Below, piece by piece: positions 39,293-49,376 of a DNA stretch of 64,000 bases (its first letter is position 1; each line of letters begins with the position of its first letter). A model generated the notes under the pieces. That model saw nothing but the letters and a program-made list of their open reading frames with translations, was not told the DNA's origin and ran no database searches. Source of the DNA: Spirochaetota bacterium (lineage in GTDB: Bacteria; Spirochaetota; UBA4802; UBA5550); NCBI GenBank assembly GCA_963664815.2, contig CAXXHB010000003.1, positions 2,912,001 to 2,976,000 on the forward strand, given 5' to 3'. The translations under genes and the position numbers were made by a program.

Positions 39293-40086
39293 TTAAATCC
39301 CAGAACATCATACATTGTATAAAAACCGGGTGCTTTGTTCAGTAGATACTCAATGGCAGAAACAGCTCCGCGGGCAAATACATCTCTGCTTGCAGCCCTG
39401 TGAGTCAGTTCAATTCTGTCATCAAGGCCTGTATAGAACACAGTATGCTCTCCGATAATGTTACCGCCGCGCATTGCATGCATTCCTATTTCGTTATTTG
39501 TCCTCTCTCCTTTAATCCCCTCACGACCGTTGACATCAACAGCATCTGAAAGGCCTGTCATATTTTCCTTTACTATATCCAGAAGTCTTTTAGCTGTTCC
39601 AGAAGGAGCGTCTTTTTTAAACCTGTGATGTGCTTCAAAAATTTCAACATCGTAATCTGTAGTAAGAGCCCTGGATGCTATTTCAGTTAATTTAAAAAGG
39701 AGATTAACACCAAGTGACATGTTTGGTGATAGTATTACAGGTATTTTATCAGAATAAGATCTGATCTTGGCGGTATCAGTATCTGAGAAACCGGTAGTTC
39801 CTATCACAACAGGTTTTTTTATCTCCGCAAGCAGCTTTAACAATTCAAAAGTTGCCGCAGGACCGGAGAAGTCAATAATTCCGTCAATCCCCTTAAGCGA
39901 CACTGAATTCACCGGAGTAATAATACAATCAGCAAGAGATGATTTAACCAGAAGGGATGCATTTGTGTTTATCAGTGGCGATCCTGCCGCATCAAACGCA
40001 GCGCATAATTTATGCCCCCGCTCAACTGCAATCCGGAGAATGGCGTTTCCCATTCTCCCACCTATCCCGCAAATGCCAATATTCAT
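39289..40086 (-). CDS. dapB: 4-hydroxy-tetrahydrodipicolinate reductase
   Basis: GIGGRMG, IDFS, VIGTTG, SPNMSLG, EAHHRFKKDAPSGTA and GEHTV. Confidence 0.97.
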   Translation of the reverse strand: MNIGICGIGGRMGNAILRIAVERGHKLCAAFDAAGSPLINTNASLLVKSSLADCIITPVNSVSLKGIDGIIDFSGPAATFELLKLLAEIKKPVVIGTTGFSDTDTAKIRSYSDKIPVILSPNMSLGVNLLFKLTEIASRALTTDYDVEIFEAHHRFKKDAPSGTAKRLLDIVKENMTGLSDAVDVNGREGIKGERTNNEIGMHAMRGGNIIGEHTVFYTGLDDRIELTHRAASRDVFARGAVSAIEYLLNKAPGFYTMYDVLGFK

Positions 40087-40964
40087 TTGAGTTTTACTCC
40101 ATAATCAGCAAGAGTTTTATGGAGTACTCCCCGGTTTTCATCGCTTAATGATACAAGTGGAAGCCTTAATTCGCCACTGCAAAATCCAGCCATTTCCATT
40201 GCAGCTTTTATCGGTATGGGATTGGTTTCCAGGAACATTGCACGGCAAAGAGGGAGAAGTCTGTAAAACTGTGCCCTGGCCTCATCTATTTTATTCTCAT
40301 TGTACAAGGTGACAACTTTTTTCACATCCGCCGGAAGTATATTGGAAAGTACGGATATAACCCCCTTTCCCCCTATGGAGAGCAAAGGAAGCAGAAGATT
40401 ATCATCCCCGGAAAGAACAGTCAGCCTGCCACCACAGAGTTCTATCAGCCGCATAATCTGTGCTATATCACCAGATGCTTCCTTCATTGCAACAATATGA
40501 TCAGTTCTCTTAAGAAGCTCAGCGACACTCTCGGGTAAAAAGTTTACTCCGGATCTTCCAGGTATATTGTACAAAATAATAGGGAGTTTAGTTGCTTTTG
40601 CTATTGCCTCATAATGGGCAATGAGTCCCCGCTGTGTCGGTTTATTATAATACGGGTTAACAGAAAGAGTTGCATCCACTCCGGAATCCTCTGCTCCTTT
40701 CGTAAGCCAGATAGCTTCACTTGTGGAATTTGCACCTGTTCCGGCAATAACTTTAATCCTGCCGTTTACGATTTTTACCACTCGTCTGATAAATTCCTCA
40801 TGCTCCTCAAATGAAATTGTCGGAGACTCACCCGTTGTACCCATGGGAATGATTCCATCAATACCTTCACTTATTTGCCTCTCTATCAGCAATTCAAGCG
40901 AGCTATAATCAATTTTATCATTCTTAAACGGGGTAATAATTGCTGTAAATGCACCTTCAAACAT
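40083..40964 (-). CDS. dapA: 4-hydroxy-tetrahydrodipicolinate synthase
   Basis: GTTGES, PYYNKP, LYNIPGR, MKEASG, SGDD and ETNPIPIK. Confidence 0.97.
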   Translation of the reverse strand: MFEGAFTAIITPFKNDKIDYSSLELLIERQISEGIDGIIPMGTTGESPTISFEEHEEFIRRVVKIVNGRIKVIAGTGANSTSEAIWLTKGAEDSGVDATLSVNPYYNKPTQRGLIAHYEAIAKATKLPIILYNIPGRSGVNFLPESVAELLKRTDHIVAMKEASGDIAQIMRLIELCGGRLTVLSGDDNLLLPLLSIGGKGVISVLSNILPADVKKVVTLYNENKIDEARAQFYRLLPLCRAMFLETNPIPIKAAMEMAGFCSGELRLPLVSLSDENRGVLHKTLADYGVKLK

Positions 40965-40971
40965 ACTATGC

Positions 40972-41397
40972 TTATCCTTTTATTTTTTTACTTTTAGTCT
41001 CTTTTTTAATAACTTTTTTTTCTGCCTTAGCCCCGGAAATTTTAGGCTTTACAAGTTTCAGAAGTTCAGCATCAAGAAACTCCTGGCTGAACTTTTCATC
41101 AGGAAAGTCACTCTGAAAAAGATACAGCAACAAAACTCTCTTTGATACAAGAAGCTCTTCACTGGAATCATATGCATAGATTTTTACCCACTCATCACCT
41201 GGTACAACAATAAGCTTTACAATGCTATTTGCAGGTAAAATTTCTTCATTCCGGCTTATATTCTGCAGCAGTACAAACTCGCCGGCCTGGTATTTTAATA
41301 ATAAAGTTCCCGAATCTTCATCACGTATAAAAGTGGAACAGGCTGAAGTAAATATCAATGCGATGAAAAAAATTCTGCCAACACTTGTTTTTATCAT
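40972..41397 (-). CDS. lipoprotein (reminiscent of leptospiral T2SS-associated lipoproteins)
   Basis: lipobox TSAC; the family resemblance is from memory and unverified. Confidence 0.65.
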   Translation of the reverse strand: MIKTSVGRIFFIALIFTSACSTFIRDEDSGTLLLKYQAGEFVLLQNISRNEEILPANSIVKLIVVPGDEWVKIYAYDSSEELLVSKRVLLLYLFQSDFPDEKFSQEFLDAELLKLVKPKISGAKAEKKVIKKETKSKKIKG

Positions 41398-41691
41398 AAT
41401 ATCGTCTCTATTTAATATTTGAAAAAATCACACATATATTCTTATTGTCAAGTCAATAATAAAGCATTTTTAATACATCATTAAACTCTTTAAGTAAAAC
41501 AAATGCTCATTGAAAATCTTAACACGTTTTATAAAACTGAAAACAATTGCCGTGATATGCAGGAGTTAATACAGTCTTAATTGCACAAAGGTTTATTAAT
41601 CTAAACTGTTCAGAAAATATCAGTACACAAAGATTTATAAATTAAAGTAAACTGCCAGAATCGATCACTTTCCCTTATCAGTTTAGACAAT

Positions 41692-41720
41692 AAAGGCTGC
41701 CCCTGCAGGAAACAGCCTTT
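41692..41720 (-). terminator. probable terminator after the response regulator
   Basis: AAAGGCTG...CAGCCTTT hairpin. Confidence 0.55.
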
Positions 41721-41760
41721 GTATAGCATAATTAAAAATAATAAAAAGCCGGTATTTCAA

Positions 41761-42132
41761 TTATGCTCCAATCGCTTTTTTTATCTGAGAAAGAAGAGTA
41801 TCGGGATTGACCGGTTTCTGAAGTACTCCATTAAATCCTAAATCTACCACATTGATGTTACTTGCCGTAGCATTCCCGATACTGCTTAAAAGGTATACCG
41901 GAATCTGACTGTTTTCTTTCCTGATCATCTCGGCTACTTTGCTGCCTGCATCAACCCTCTCCATCATCATGTCACAGAGAACAAGGTCAGGCTTTTCACT
42001 TTTAAATTTTTCTATCCCCTCTTTGCCATCCATAGCAGTGATAACATTATATCCTTCAGAGTTCAACACTGCACTGATAGAATCCAGAATATCCGGATCA
42101 TCATCTATCACAAGTATATTTTTTTCGGACAT
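41761..42132 (-). CDS. single-domain response regulator (CheY-like receiver)
   Basis: ILVIDDD, DLVLCDMMM and KPV; promoter TTGACA-17-TAAACT at 42202-42174. Confidence 0.92.
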   Translation of the reverse strand: MSEKNILVIDDDPDILDSISAVLNSEGYNVITAMDGKEGIEKFKSEKPDLVLCDMMMERVDAGSKVAEMIRKENSQIPVYLLSSIGNATASNINVVDLGFNGVLQKPVNPDTLLSQIKKAIGA

Positions 42133-42215
42133 TTCAGTCTCCTTATAGTAAAAAGATTCAAACCTCTTAATACAGTTTATTTCCGGAATAAATCCATGTC
42201 AACAAAGATGTCTAT

Positions 42216-42249
42216 TGTGTCGATAAAAACTGTATTTTTTATCGACACA
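42216..42249. repeat. perfect 14-bp inverted repeat
   Basis: TGTGTCGATAAAAA-ctgtat-TTTTTATCGACACA. Confidence 0.75.
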
Positions 42250-42310
42250 TAATTTTTATACAAGCTTTAAAAAATGTGAATCCACCTTAATTTCTAAGCA
42301 TATTTTTACA

Positions 42311-42643
42311 TCAACTATGCCTGTATTTTATAACCCGCATTTTTTCTATGGTTACAAGTCCCTCCTCCACCGTTTCATCAATGAACGGCATAAGCATATT
42401 GATCTTCTCTTCAATATCCACAATTTCAATGATAACAGGGAGATCTTCAGACAACTCCAGTATTTTAGAGGTATGAATTCTACTGTCAGCGCCAAACCCC
42501 ATAAGCCCTCTGGTTACAGTAGCACCGGCAAGATCCAGCTCCCTGGCCTTTAAGACTATCTGCTCGTATAAGGGTTTGCCTTTGTAGCGGTCGCTTTCAC
42601 CAATAAAAATTCTGAGCATAACCGCCTGTTCGGGTAACTTCAT
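42311..42643 (-). CDS. DUF190 (PII-like) protein
   Basis: LRIFIGESD, AGATVTRG..GFG and LSEDLPVIIEIVD; typical crcB partner. Confidence 0.93.
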   Translation of the reverse strand: MKLPEQAVMLRIFIGESDRYKGKPLYEQIVLKARELDLAGATVTRGLMGFGADSRIHTSKILELSEDLPVIIEIVDIEEKINMLMPFIDETVEEGLVTIEKMRVIKYRHS

Positions 42644-42648
42644 AAAAT

Positions 42649-43032
42649 CTACCTCAACACCTTAAAAAATAAACGGGATGTTATCATACCCGCGATGACC
42701 ATCAATAAACATAAAATATTGCTTAGAAATATGTTTAAAAAACCTGCTTTAAATTCACCATCCCTTATCAGATTAATTGTTTCGAGAGAATAGGTTGAAA
42801 ATGTGGTATATGCCCCCAGGAATCCGATCAGTAAAAACGATCTTAAATTATCCGGCAACATGAGATTATCAAACAGAAAAAAAAGAAATCCTATTAAAAA
42901 TGAACCGCTTGCATTAATAAAAAGAGTTCCTAACGGGAAAATCGGAGCATAAATGTTATGTATTACTTTTGAAACAATATACCTTGCCACTGCTCCCAAA
43001 CTCCCTCCTATTGCAATATATATCAAATGCAT
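42649..43032 (-). CDS. crcB: fluoride efflux channel Fluc/CrcB
   Basis: GGSLGAVARY, PLGTLFIN and GFLGAYTTFSTY. Confidence 0.95.
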   Translation of the reverse strand: MHLIYIAIGGSLGAVARYIVSKVIHNIYAPIFPLGTLFINASGSFLIGFLFFLFDNLMLPDNLRSFLLIGFLGAYTTFSTYSLETINLIRDGEFKAGFLNIFLSNILCLLMVIAGMITSRLFFKVLR

Positions 43033-43086
43033 TCACTTTCCCCTGAAAAAAAAATTAATATGTTCTAATTATACAGTACTTTCACA

Positions 43087-44379
43087 TCAACCATGCAGTG
43101 ATAACCTGTCATTGTCAAGGAAAAGGGTAATTATGAATCCTGCCGCAAGGAGACTCGCTCCGGCAATAAAAGTATATACTGCGGCCACTCCATGCGCATT
43201 ATCCTTCAAGAATGCGACAATCTGCGGTCCTGCAATACCGGCGATTCCCCATGCTGTGAGAATTGCACCATAAATAACAGGCATCAGCCTCACCCCGAAA
43301 ACATCGCTCACATATGATGGCATTGAACCGAACCCTCCGCCATAACACAAAAGAACGTAGCAAACAAGTACGCCGAAGAGAACCGGAGTTTTAACGAAGA
43401 TTAAAACAGTAAAAATAACTACCTGCGTACCAAGTATTAATCTGAATGTCTGGATTCTCCCTATCCTGTCAGAGATACCTCCCCAGAACATTCTCCCGAC
43501 TCCGTTAAATAATGAACTGATACCTATCAGTGTTCCACCGGCAGCCGCAAGGGCAGCAGCATCCATTGATTGATTCTGAATTTTTAACAGATCCTGAATC
43601 ATTGGAGACTGAAAACTGATAAACATTATACCGGCAGTTATGTTTAGAAAAAAAACAATCCACATTTTTATAAATTTAGATGACGCAAGGCAGATTGCTG
43701 CCGTAAGGTTATCCTGATTAACAGTTGCTGAAGCTAATGACATTCCTACAGACGATGAATTCATGTCATACCCTGTCGGACAAAAATCTGCAGGGGGATT
43801 TTCAAGAATAAAACCGGATACCAATATAAGAATCATTGAGGATACACCGTAATATATAAAGAACGGAATAAGATTTCCCCCCGTAATAAGAAGAATCTGC
43901 GGTGCAACTATCTTTGACATAATTAGAGCACCCAGACCAAAACCCATTAGTACCATCCCGGTCACAAGCCCTTTTTTATCCGGAAACCACTTCGATGCAG
44001 TAGCAACCGGAGTTACATATCCCAGGCCCAGGCCACAACCATGAATTACACCATACCCTATATAAAGAAGAGGGAGATTATGAATTGATAAAGCATATGC
44101 GGAAACGATGTGGCCTGTTCCATAAAAGAGACCTCCGGTCATGGCAAGTTTCCGCGGACCATATTTCGGAAGCCAGACTCCGCCTGCTGCTGCGGAAAGC
44201 CCGAGGAACATAATGGCAAGTCCGAAAATCCATGCAACCTGGCTGTTATTCCAGCCATAGGTTGACATTATCGGTTTCTGAAAATAACTCCATGCATACA
44301 CCGAACCCAGAACAACCTGAAGAAAAATCCCGGCAAATGTGATTACCCATCGTTTTACAGAATAATTACTGCTGCTCAT
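43087..44379 (-). CDS. OFA-family MFS transporter (oxalate/formate antiporter-like)
   Basis: LGSVYAWS, GLGYVTPVA..SKWFPDKKGL and FNGVGRMFWGGISDRIGR; start at MSSSNY with a GGAG RBS. Confidence 0.92.
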   Translation of the reverse strand: MSSSNYSVKRWVITFAGIFLQVVLGSVYAWSYFQKPIMSTYGWNNSQVAWIFGLAIMFLGLSAAAGGVWLPKYGPRKLAMTGGLFYGTGHIVSAYALSIHNLPLLYIGYGVIHGCGLGLGYVTPVATASKWFPDKKGLVTGMVLMGFGLGALIMSKIVAPQILLITGGNLIPFFIYYGVSSMILILVSGFILENPPADFCPTGYDMNSSSVGMSLASATVNQDNLTAAICLASSKFIKMWIVFFLNITAGIMFISFQSPMIQDLLKIQNQSMDAAALAAAGGTLIGISSLFNGVGRMFWGGISDRIGRIQTFRLILGTQVVIFTVLIFVKTPVLFGVLVCYVLLCYGGGFGSMPSYVSDVFGVRLMPVIYGAILTAWGIAGIAGPQIVAFLKDNAHGVAAVYTFIAGASLLAAGFIITLFLDNDRLSLHG

Positions 44380-44428
44380 AGCTTGAATCTCCAATTTAAA
44401 CTTATTTTATTTAGTTTTTATATTTGAA

Positions 44429-45010
44429 TTAATTACCAGAATTTTTTTCATTAATAAGTCTCACCATTTTCTGATATGCCTCTCCCTCTTCCCTCCATGT
44501 AAAACATGAATTCTTAAGCCCCCGACTCATTATGCCGGATTTGTTTCTGTCTTTAATTTTTGAGAGGTCAGGTTTCTGCTGATAAATATATGCCCAATAT
44601 CCCTGCATTAATGCAGGAGCCATTGTTACAAGAAGGTTTAAAAGATGTGTACACCCTCTGGTACCTCCCGCCGCCTCTCTCACCTTCGCAGTAAAACCTC
44701 CGGTTACCGGCATCCCTATTATCGGATTAAGACTCTTTGCTATAAGAAGGCAATCCTCTCGTGGAACAGTTTCAATAACGACCTCAAGATCTTCTATTAT
44801 CATTTCAGGAATTTTTACAAGAAGAATCAGCCGTAAATCATGAAGAGTTCCCGCATCTACCCTCTCCCCGGTAAATTTATAGTAATCTTTAAGTCTTACA
44901 TCCGTAAGCCTTCCCTCGGTAATAATATGACCACCTTCTGCGGGGTAAGTGGATATTTCGATTTTTCTGTTATGCGCCGGCTCTCCCGCCATTTTAAGAA
45001 GTCTGCTCAT
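44429..45010 (-). CDS. DUF2889-like protein
   Basis: HNRKI, LHDL, P...C, GG.RGCTHL and NSC..W pattern. Confidence 0.8.
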   Translation of the reverse strand: MSRLLKMAGEPAHNRKIEISTYPAEGGHIITEGRLTDVRLKDYYKFTGERVDAGTLHDLRLILLVKIPEMIIEDLEVVIETVPREDCLLIAKSLNPIIGMPVTGGFTAKVREAAGGTRGCTHLLNLLVTMAPALMQGYWAYIYQQKPDLSKIKDRNKSGIMSRGLKNSCFTWREEGEAYQKMVRLINEKNSGN

Positions 45011-45173
45011 ATTTACTCAACCCCCATTATCACTGTATCTATATATAACCGGCGGATAGATAATAATATTATCTGCCGATATACATCTTCAACCAAAATC
45101 CGGAAGCCGGATATTACAAAATAAAGATTATTATAAGAGTTAATATAACCAGGCCTTAACTTTTTGATTTGCA

Positions 45174-46124
45174 CTATAATAAAAACTTCAAAGGCCTGTA
45201 CTTTATTTCATGAAGATTTTCCCTGATCATAATTCTCTCCCCCCCGGAATTGATGTATTCAGCTGAGAAATTATCCGATAAGGATGCGCCAGTATTCAAT
45301 GTTATTATACCGTAATCAATCAACGATCGTAAATATGTCCGGATTATACCGAAACTCATTTTCTGAATATTGATGTCGTTGTGATGCTCATGATCGTAAA
45401 GTCCCAGGTTTACATCAGCAAGAATATAATCTCCGCTTACAGCATCAATAAGTATCCCTGTTTCAACTCCATACATCTGCCAGAACGATACAGAGTTAAA
45501 GAAGCTCAGAGTTCCGGCGCACTCCCCTGACAACGGATAAGAAAACTCGGCAAGTGAGTCAAGAGAAGGATGATTTATCGATGAAAACATAGGCTGCGCC
45601 ACATACTTCTTAACCCTCCCCATCTCCCGCCAGAATCCCCCCTTTGCATAATCAGCACCCTTCATTACAGCTCCGGCAAGTCCTGTAACAAAATGTGCCC
45701 CGAAATATTCCGGGATAACATCTGCATCAAGAAAAACAACAACTACATCTCCTGGAGTAACCCCGCAGAGATACTCCATATTTAATCTGAATAAAGTTCT
45801 CCTCATATCAGCCCCTTTTCCCTTCTCTGAGCCCATATCAGGAACGGAAGCAATATTGGAAACCATTATATCTACATCATCATATACTGATGAAATTCCG
45901 GATTCGGTTTTATCCGTTTCACACCCTGTACGCCGGTGATTAATAATTATTCTATCTATAATTACTCCGGTATTTTTTTTTAATAGTCCGACCTTTTCGA
46001 TAACAAGATCAGCCTCCCGCTCCCCGAATGTAGAGAAAACGACATATATTTTTTTGTTGCCCTTCAATTCAGTAATTTTGTCAATAGTGAAGTCTGAGTG
46101 GTTATATTTATATATTTGTTTCAT
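45174..46124 (-). CDS. glucosyl-3-phosphoglycerate synthase-like glycosyltransferase
   Basis: GKG, VFLDAD, GRV, YPLSGECA and YGVETGILID. Confidence 0.8.
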   Translation of the reverse strand: MKQIYKYNHSDFTIDKITELKGNKKIYVVFSTFGEREADLVIEKVGLLKKNTGVIIDRIIINHRRTGCETDKTESGISSVYDDVDIMVSNIASVPDMGSEKGKGADMRRTLFRLNMEYLCGVTPGDVVVVFLDADVIPEYFGAHFVTGLAGAVMKGADYAKGGFWREMGRVKKYVAQPMFSSINHPSLDSLAEFSYPLSGECAGTLSFFNSVSFWQMYGVETGILIDAVSGDYILADVNLGLYDHEHHNDINIQKMSFGIIRTYLRSLIDYGIITLNTGASLSDNFSAEYINSGGERIMIRENLHEIKYRPLKFLL

Positions 46125-46268
46125 CGAAGATGCTTCCTTTAATTTCTACATTTTATGTACTGTTATTTTCCGGGATTTATAGCGTAAATTTATCGTGAAG
46201 ATAGTAAAACTTATCCTGATCATTCTGTTATCCACAAAGACTGAACGATTCTAACCGCCAATGGAAAT

Positions 46269-47219
46269 TTAATCCGGCAGTTTTTTTTTCTCTCTCTTCA
46301 GTACAATCATAGAAACTCCTATTGACAGAGTCAGGGTTGCAAAAATTACCATCAATGAAACGGAAACCGGTATTTTATAAAAATGTTCTATCAGCATTTT
46401 TATACCGACAAAAAACAGTATAAACGCAACACCATGTTTGAGATATGTAAAATATTTCAGCATACCAGAAAGAACAAAGTACAGCGCTCTGAGCCCCAGT
46501 ATCGCCATTATATTTGAAGTAATTACTATGAATGAATCCTGCGTAATGGCAAGTACTGCCGGAATTGAATCCACCGCAAATATAATGTCTGATGTTTCAA
46601 TAATAATAAGTGTTATAAAAAGTGGAGTCAAAGCTCTGGATCCGTTTATTTTTGTAAAAAATTTTTTTCCTTTATAAGCTGTATCAATTTTAAAATGCCC
46701 GCTGAGAAACTTTATAATACGGCTTTTTTCAAGATCTATTGACTCTTCCTCATCAGAGAAGGCATCCATCATCATCTTAAATGCCGCATAGAGAAGAATT
46801 AATCCGAATATATATATAGTAGCTTCAAAATGTTGTATAAGACTGACTCCAAGGAAAATAAAGAATATTCTGAAAACAATAGCCCCGAGAATTCCCCACT
46901 TCAGAATATGAGGCTGGTTAATCCTTTTTATGTTCATCGCCTGAAAAATCATTATAAAAACAAACAGATTGTCTACAGAGAGAGACTTTTCTATGAGATA
47001 ACAGGCCAGAAATTCCATTGCCTTTTCATGACCATTATCATAAAATAAATATAATGAAGCATTAAATGAAAGAGCCACACCAATCCATATCAGGCTCCAG
47101 ATAGCACTGCTCTTCAGTGTTTTTTCATGATCTTCATGATCTGAAATATAGAGATCTATGTATAGCATTGCGCTGATCAGAACAACAAAGATAATCCAGT
47201 ATAAAAAATGTACGCTCAA
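46269..47219 (-). CDS. TerC/Alx-family membrane protein
   Basis: YLIEKSLSVDNLFVF, DIIFAVDSIPA and TSNIMAILGLRALYF. Confidence 0.95.
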   Translation of the reverse strand: MSVHFLYWIIFVVLISAMLYIDLYISDHEDHEKTLKSSAIWSLIWIGVALSFNASLYLFYDNGHEKAMEFLACYLIEKSLSVDNLFVFIMIFQAMNIKRINQPHILKWGILGAIVFRIFFIFLGVSLIQHFEATIYIFGLILLYAAFKMMMDAFSDEEESIDLEKSRIIKFLSGHFKIDTAYKGKKFFTKINGSRALTPLFITLIIIETSDIIFAVDSIPAVLAITQDSFIVITSNIMAILGLRALYFVLSGMLKYFTYLKHGVAFILFFVGIKMLIEHFYKIPVSVSLMVIFATLTLSIGVSMIVLKREKKKLPD

Positions 47220-47508
47220 GAATAATCTCCTCTAAATTATATTTTTTTTATATCATCAGAATAAGAACAATCAAAATATAGTTAATAATTATTTATGTTT
47301 ATATAACAGCATTTATGTTACACTTTCAAGTTATATAAAAACTTAATTATTAACTATACAAAATATATTTAAGGTCACTAAATTACAATTCAATTTTATT
47401 GAGAACAATTCCAATAATAATCCCATAACATATATTTTAGTTTAAAATAAACGATTATATCTATCCGCCGCCAAAAATGGCGTAAATAATAGAGCAATTC
47501 AGGTTATA

Positions 47509-47534
47509 AAAAAACCGCCCTTTAAAGGGCGGTT
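47509..47534 (-). terminator. intrinsic terminator of the aldehyde dehydrogenase
   Basis: AACCGCCCTTTAAAGGGCGGTT with a T-tract on the minus strand. Confidence 0.8.
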
Positions 47535-47568
47535 AAAAATATATTTTAAGTCAGAATAACCTTCACTT

Positions 47569-48969
47569 TTATTTGAGAACTGATTTAATCACCCTTGCTG
47601 CAAACTTAGTATATGGCGCATACATCAACGGATTATCAAAGAAGTTTACATTATGATAAACGCTCTTGTAATGAGTAAATGTATCAAAGCTCCCCTTGCC
47701 GTGATATGAGCCCATGCCGCTCAAGCCCACTCCACCAAATGGAATATGACCGTTTGCAAAATGCTTCAATGTGTCGTTCACACACCCACCGCCGTATGAA
47801 GTTTCACCAATGACCCTCTTTTTGGTCTTTCCGCTCTTTGTAAAAAGATAAAGCGCCAGCGGTTTTGGTCTTGCATTAATAAAGTTTATCGCATCATCAA
47901 GTGATGATATCGAGATAACCGGCAGCACAGGTCCGAATATCTCCTCCTGCATAATAGGGTCTTTAGGTGTAATCCCGTCAATGACTGTCGGAGCAATATA
48001 CCTTGTTTTGGGATCGACCTCTCCACCTATGACGATTTTACCCTTATGAAGTAATCTTTCCACTCTTGCCCAGTGTCTGTCTGATATTATCCGCGCAAAA
48101 TCAGGACTAGACTTCGGATTTTCTCCAAAGAATTTTTTTATCTCTTTTTGTAAAGCTTCAAAAAAAGGTTTTTTCGCGTTCTCGGAAATCAGAAGATAAT
48201 CGGGTGCAACGCATGTCTGTCCACAGTTAAAGAATTTACCCCAGGCAAGTCGTCGTGCCGCGATTGTAAAGTCCGCATCATCCATAACTATACATGGACT
48301 CTTTCCGCCAAGTTCCAGGGTAAGAGGCGTAAGGTGTACAGCAGCCTTCTGCATCACCATTTTACCCACATCAGCGCCACCGGTAAAGAATATGTAATCA
48401 TACTGCAGATCAAGCATAAAATTCTTTACCTCCTCCTCCTGAAATACCGCAACCCATTCCGTGGGGAAAACACCGGTAAGAATTTTATAAAGTACCTTTG
48501 AAGTCATGGGAGATGCTGATGAAGGTTTCAGAAACACCGTATTTCCGGCAGAAATTGCACCTATGACCGGAGCCAGCGCGAGGTTAAAAGGATAATTCCA
48601 TGGAGAGATAACCAATACCGTCCCATAAGGCTCCGCGTAAATTCTTGATCTCCCGGGAAGATGGCTTAACGGTGTTTTTCCGCACTTTATCCCCGCCCAG
48701 GACTTAAGATTGCTGATTGTATGTCCAAGTTCAACAAGGACAGTACCGATCTCTGACATGTAGGTTTCGAATGGAGGTTTACCAAAATCGGCTGACAGTG
48801 CATCATAGATATCATCTTCGTGATCCTTTATGGACTGCTTCAGTTTTTTTAAATGCTGTATCCTGTTTTTCACATCCCTTGTTTTGCCTGCTGCAAAAAA
48901 TTCCCTCTGCTTTTTCATAATTTCGTCAAGATCTGATCTTGTTACTTTAAGATCTGTTTTCTTTGCCAT
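47569..48969 (-). CDS. aldehyde dehydrogenase (class 3/YwdH-like)
   Basis: PWNYP, FFTGG, LELGGKSP, NCGQTCVAPDY and EEIFGP; start reset to MAKKTD. Confidence 0.95.
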   Translation of the reverse strand: MAKKTDLKVTRSDLDEIMKKQREFFAAGKTRDVKNRIQHLKKLKQSIKDHEDDIYDALSADFGKPPFETYMSEIGTVLVELGHTISNLKSWAGIKCGKTPLSHLPGRSRIYAEPYGTVLVISPWNYPFNLALAPVIGAISAGNTVFLKPSSASPMTSKVLYKILTGVFPTEWVAVFQEEEVKNFMLDLQYDYIFFTGGADVGKMVMQKAAVHLTPLTLELGGKSPCIVMDDADFTIAARRLAWGKFFNCGQTCVAPDYLLISENAKKPFFEALQKEIKKFFGENPKSSPDFARIISDRHWARVERLLHKGKIVIGGEVDPKTRYIAPTVIDGITPKDPIMQEEIFGPVLPVISISSLDDAINFINARPKPLALYLFTKSGKTKKRVIGETSYGGGCVNDTLKHFANGHIPFGGVGLSGMGSYHGKGSFDTFTHYKSVYHNVNFFDNPLMYAPYTKFAARVIKSVLK

Positions 48970-49321
48970 ATGAAAAGTACCCCCTTGTAATATGCAATAT
49001 ACCTGACATACATTATAAGGAAAATCGCCTGAATTTATAATTCCGGACAGAAAAAAGATGACTATTTTGAATTGTTTCACATTACGTTAGAAAGTGGCAG
49101 AAATTTCAGTTTCGTGATTTACTCTGAAGCAACAATTCCCGCAGAGGATAACATCACCTGGGTGCATAAAATTAACATGTCAGAATATAAATTTATTCTG
49201 ATAATTATACCTGCCAGATCAAAAAATAATATGCCTGAATTGAAATAATAAAACAGGATATGATTTTTTAATAACCGGCTTTATCAGTATTGGATCTATT
49301 AAATCAATAATGAAGTTAAAT

Positions 49322-49357
49322 AAAAAAAGGTGTCCCTTTTAAAGAACACCTTTTTTA
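49322..49357 (-). terminator. intrinsic terminator of the hydrogenase operon
   Basis: AAAAAAAGGTGT...ACACCTTTTTT. Confidence 0.75.
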
Positions 49358-49376
49358 TTATCAGTCAATATTATAA

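Noticed and set aside
43033-43086. Fluoride riboswitch upstream of crcB
   Set aside because: The 54-nt AT-rich spacer lacks the GATGG...CTGATG consensus.
47220-47500. yybP-ykoY manganese riboswitch before terC/alx
   Set aside because: The region is very AT-rich with no recognisable conserved core.
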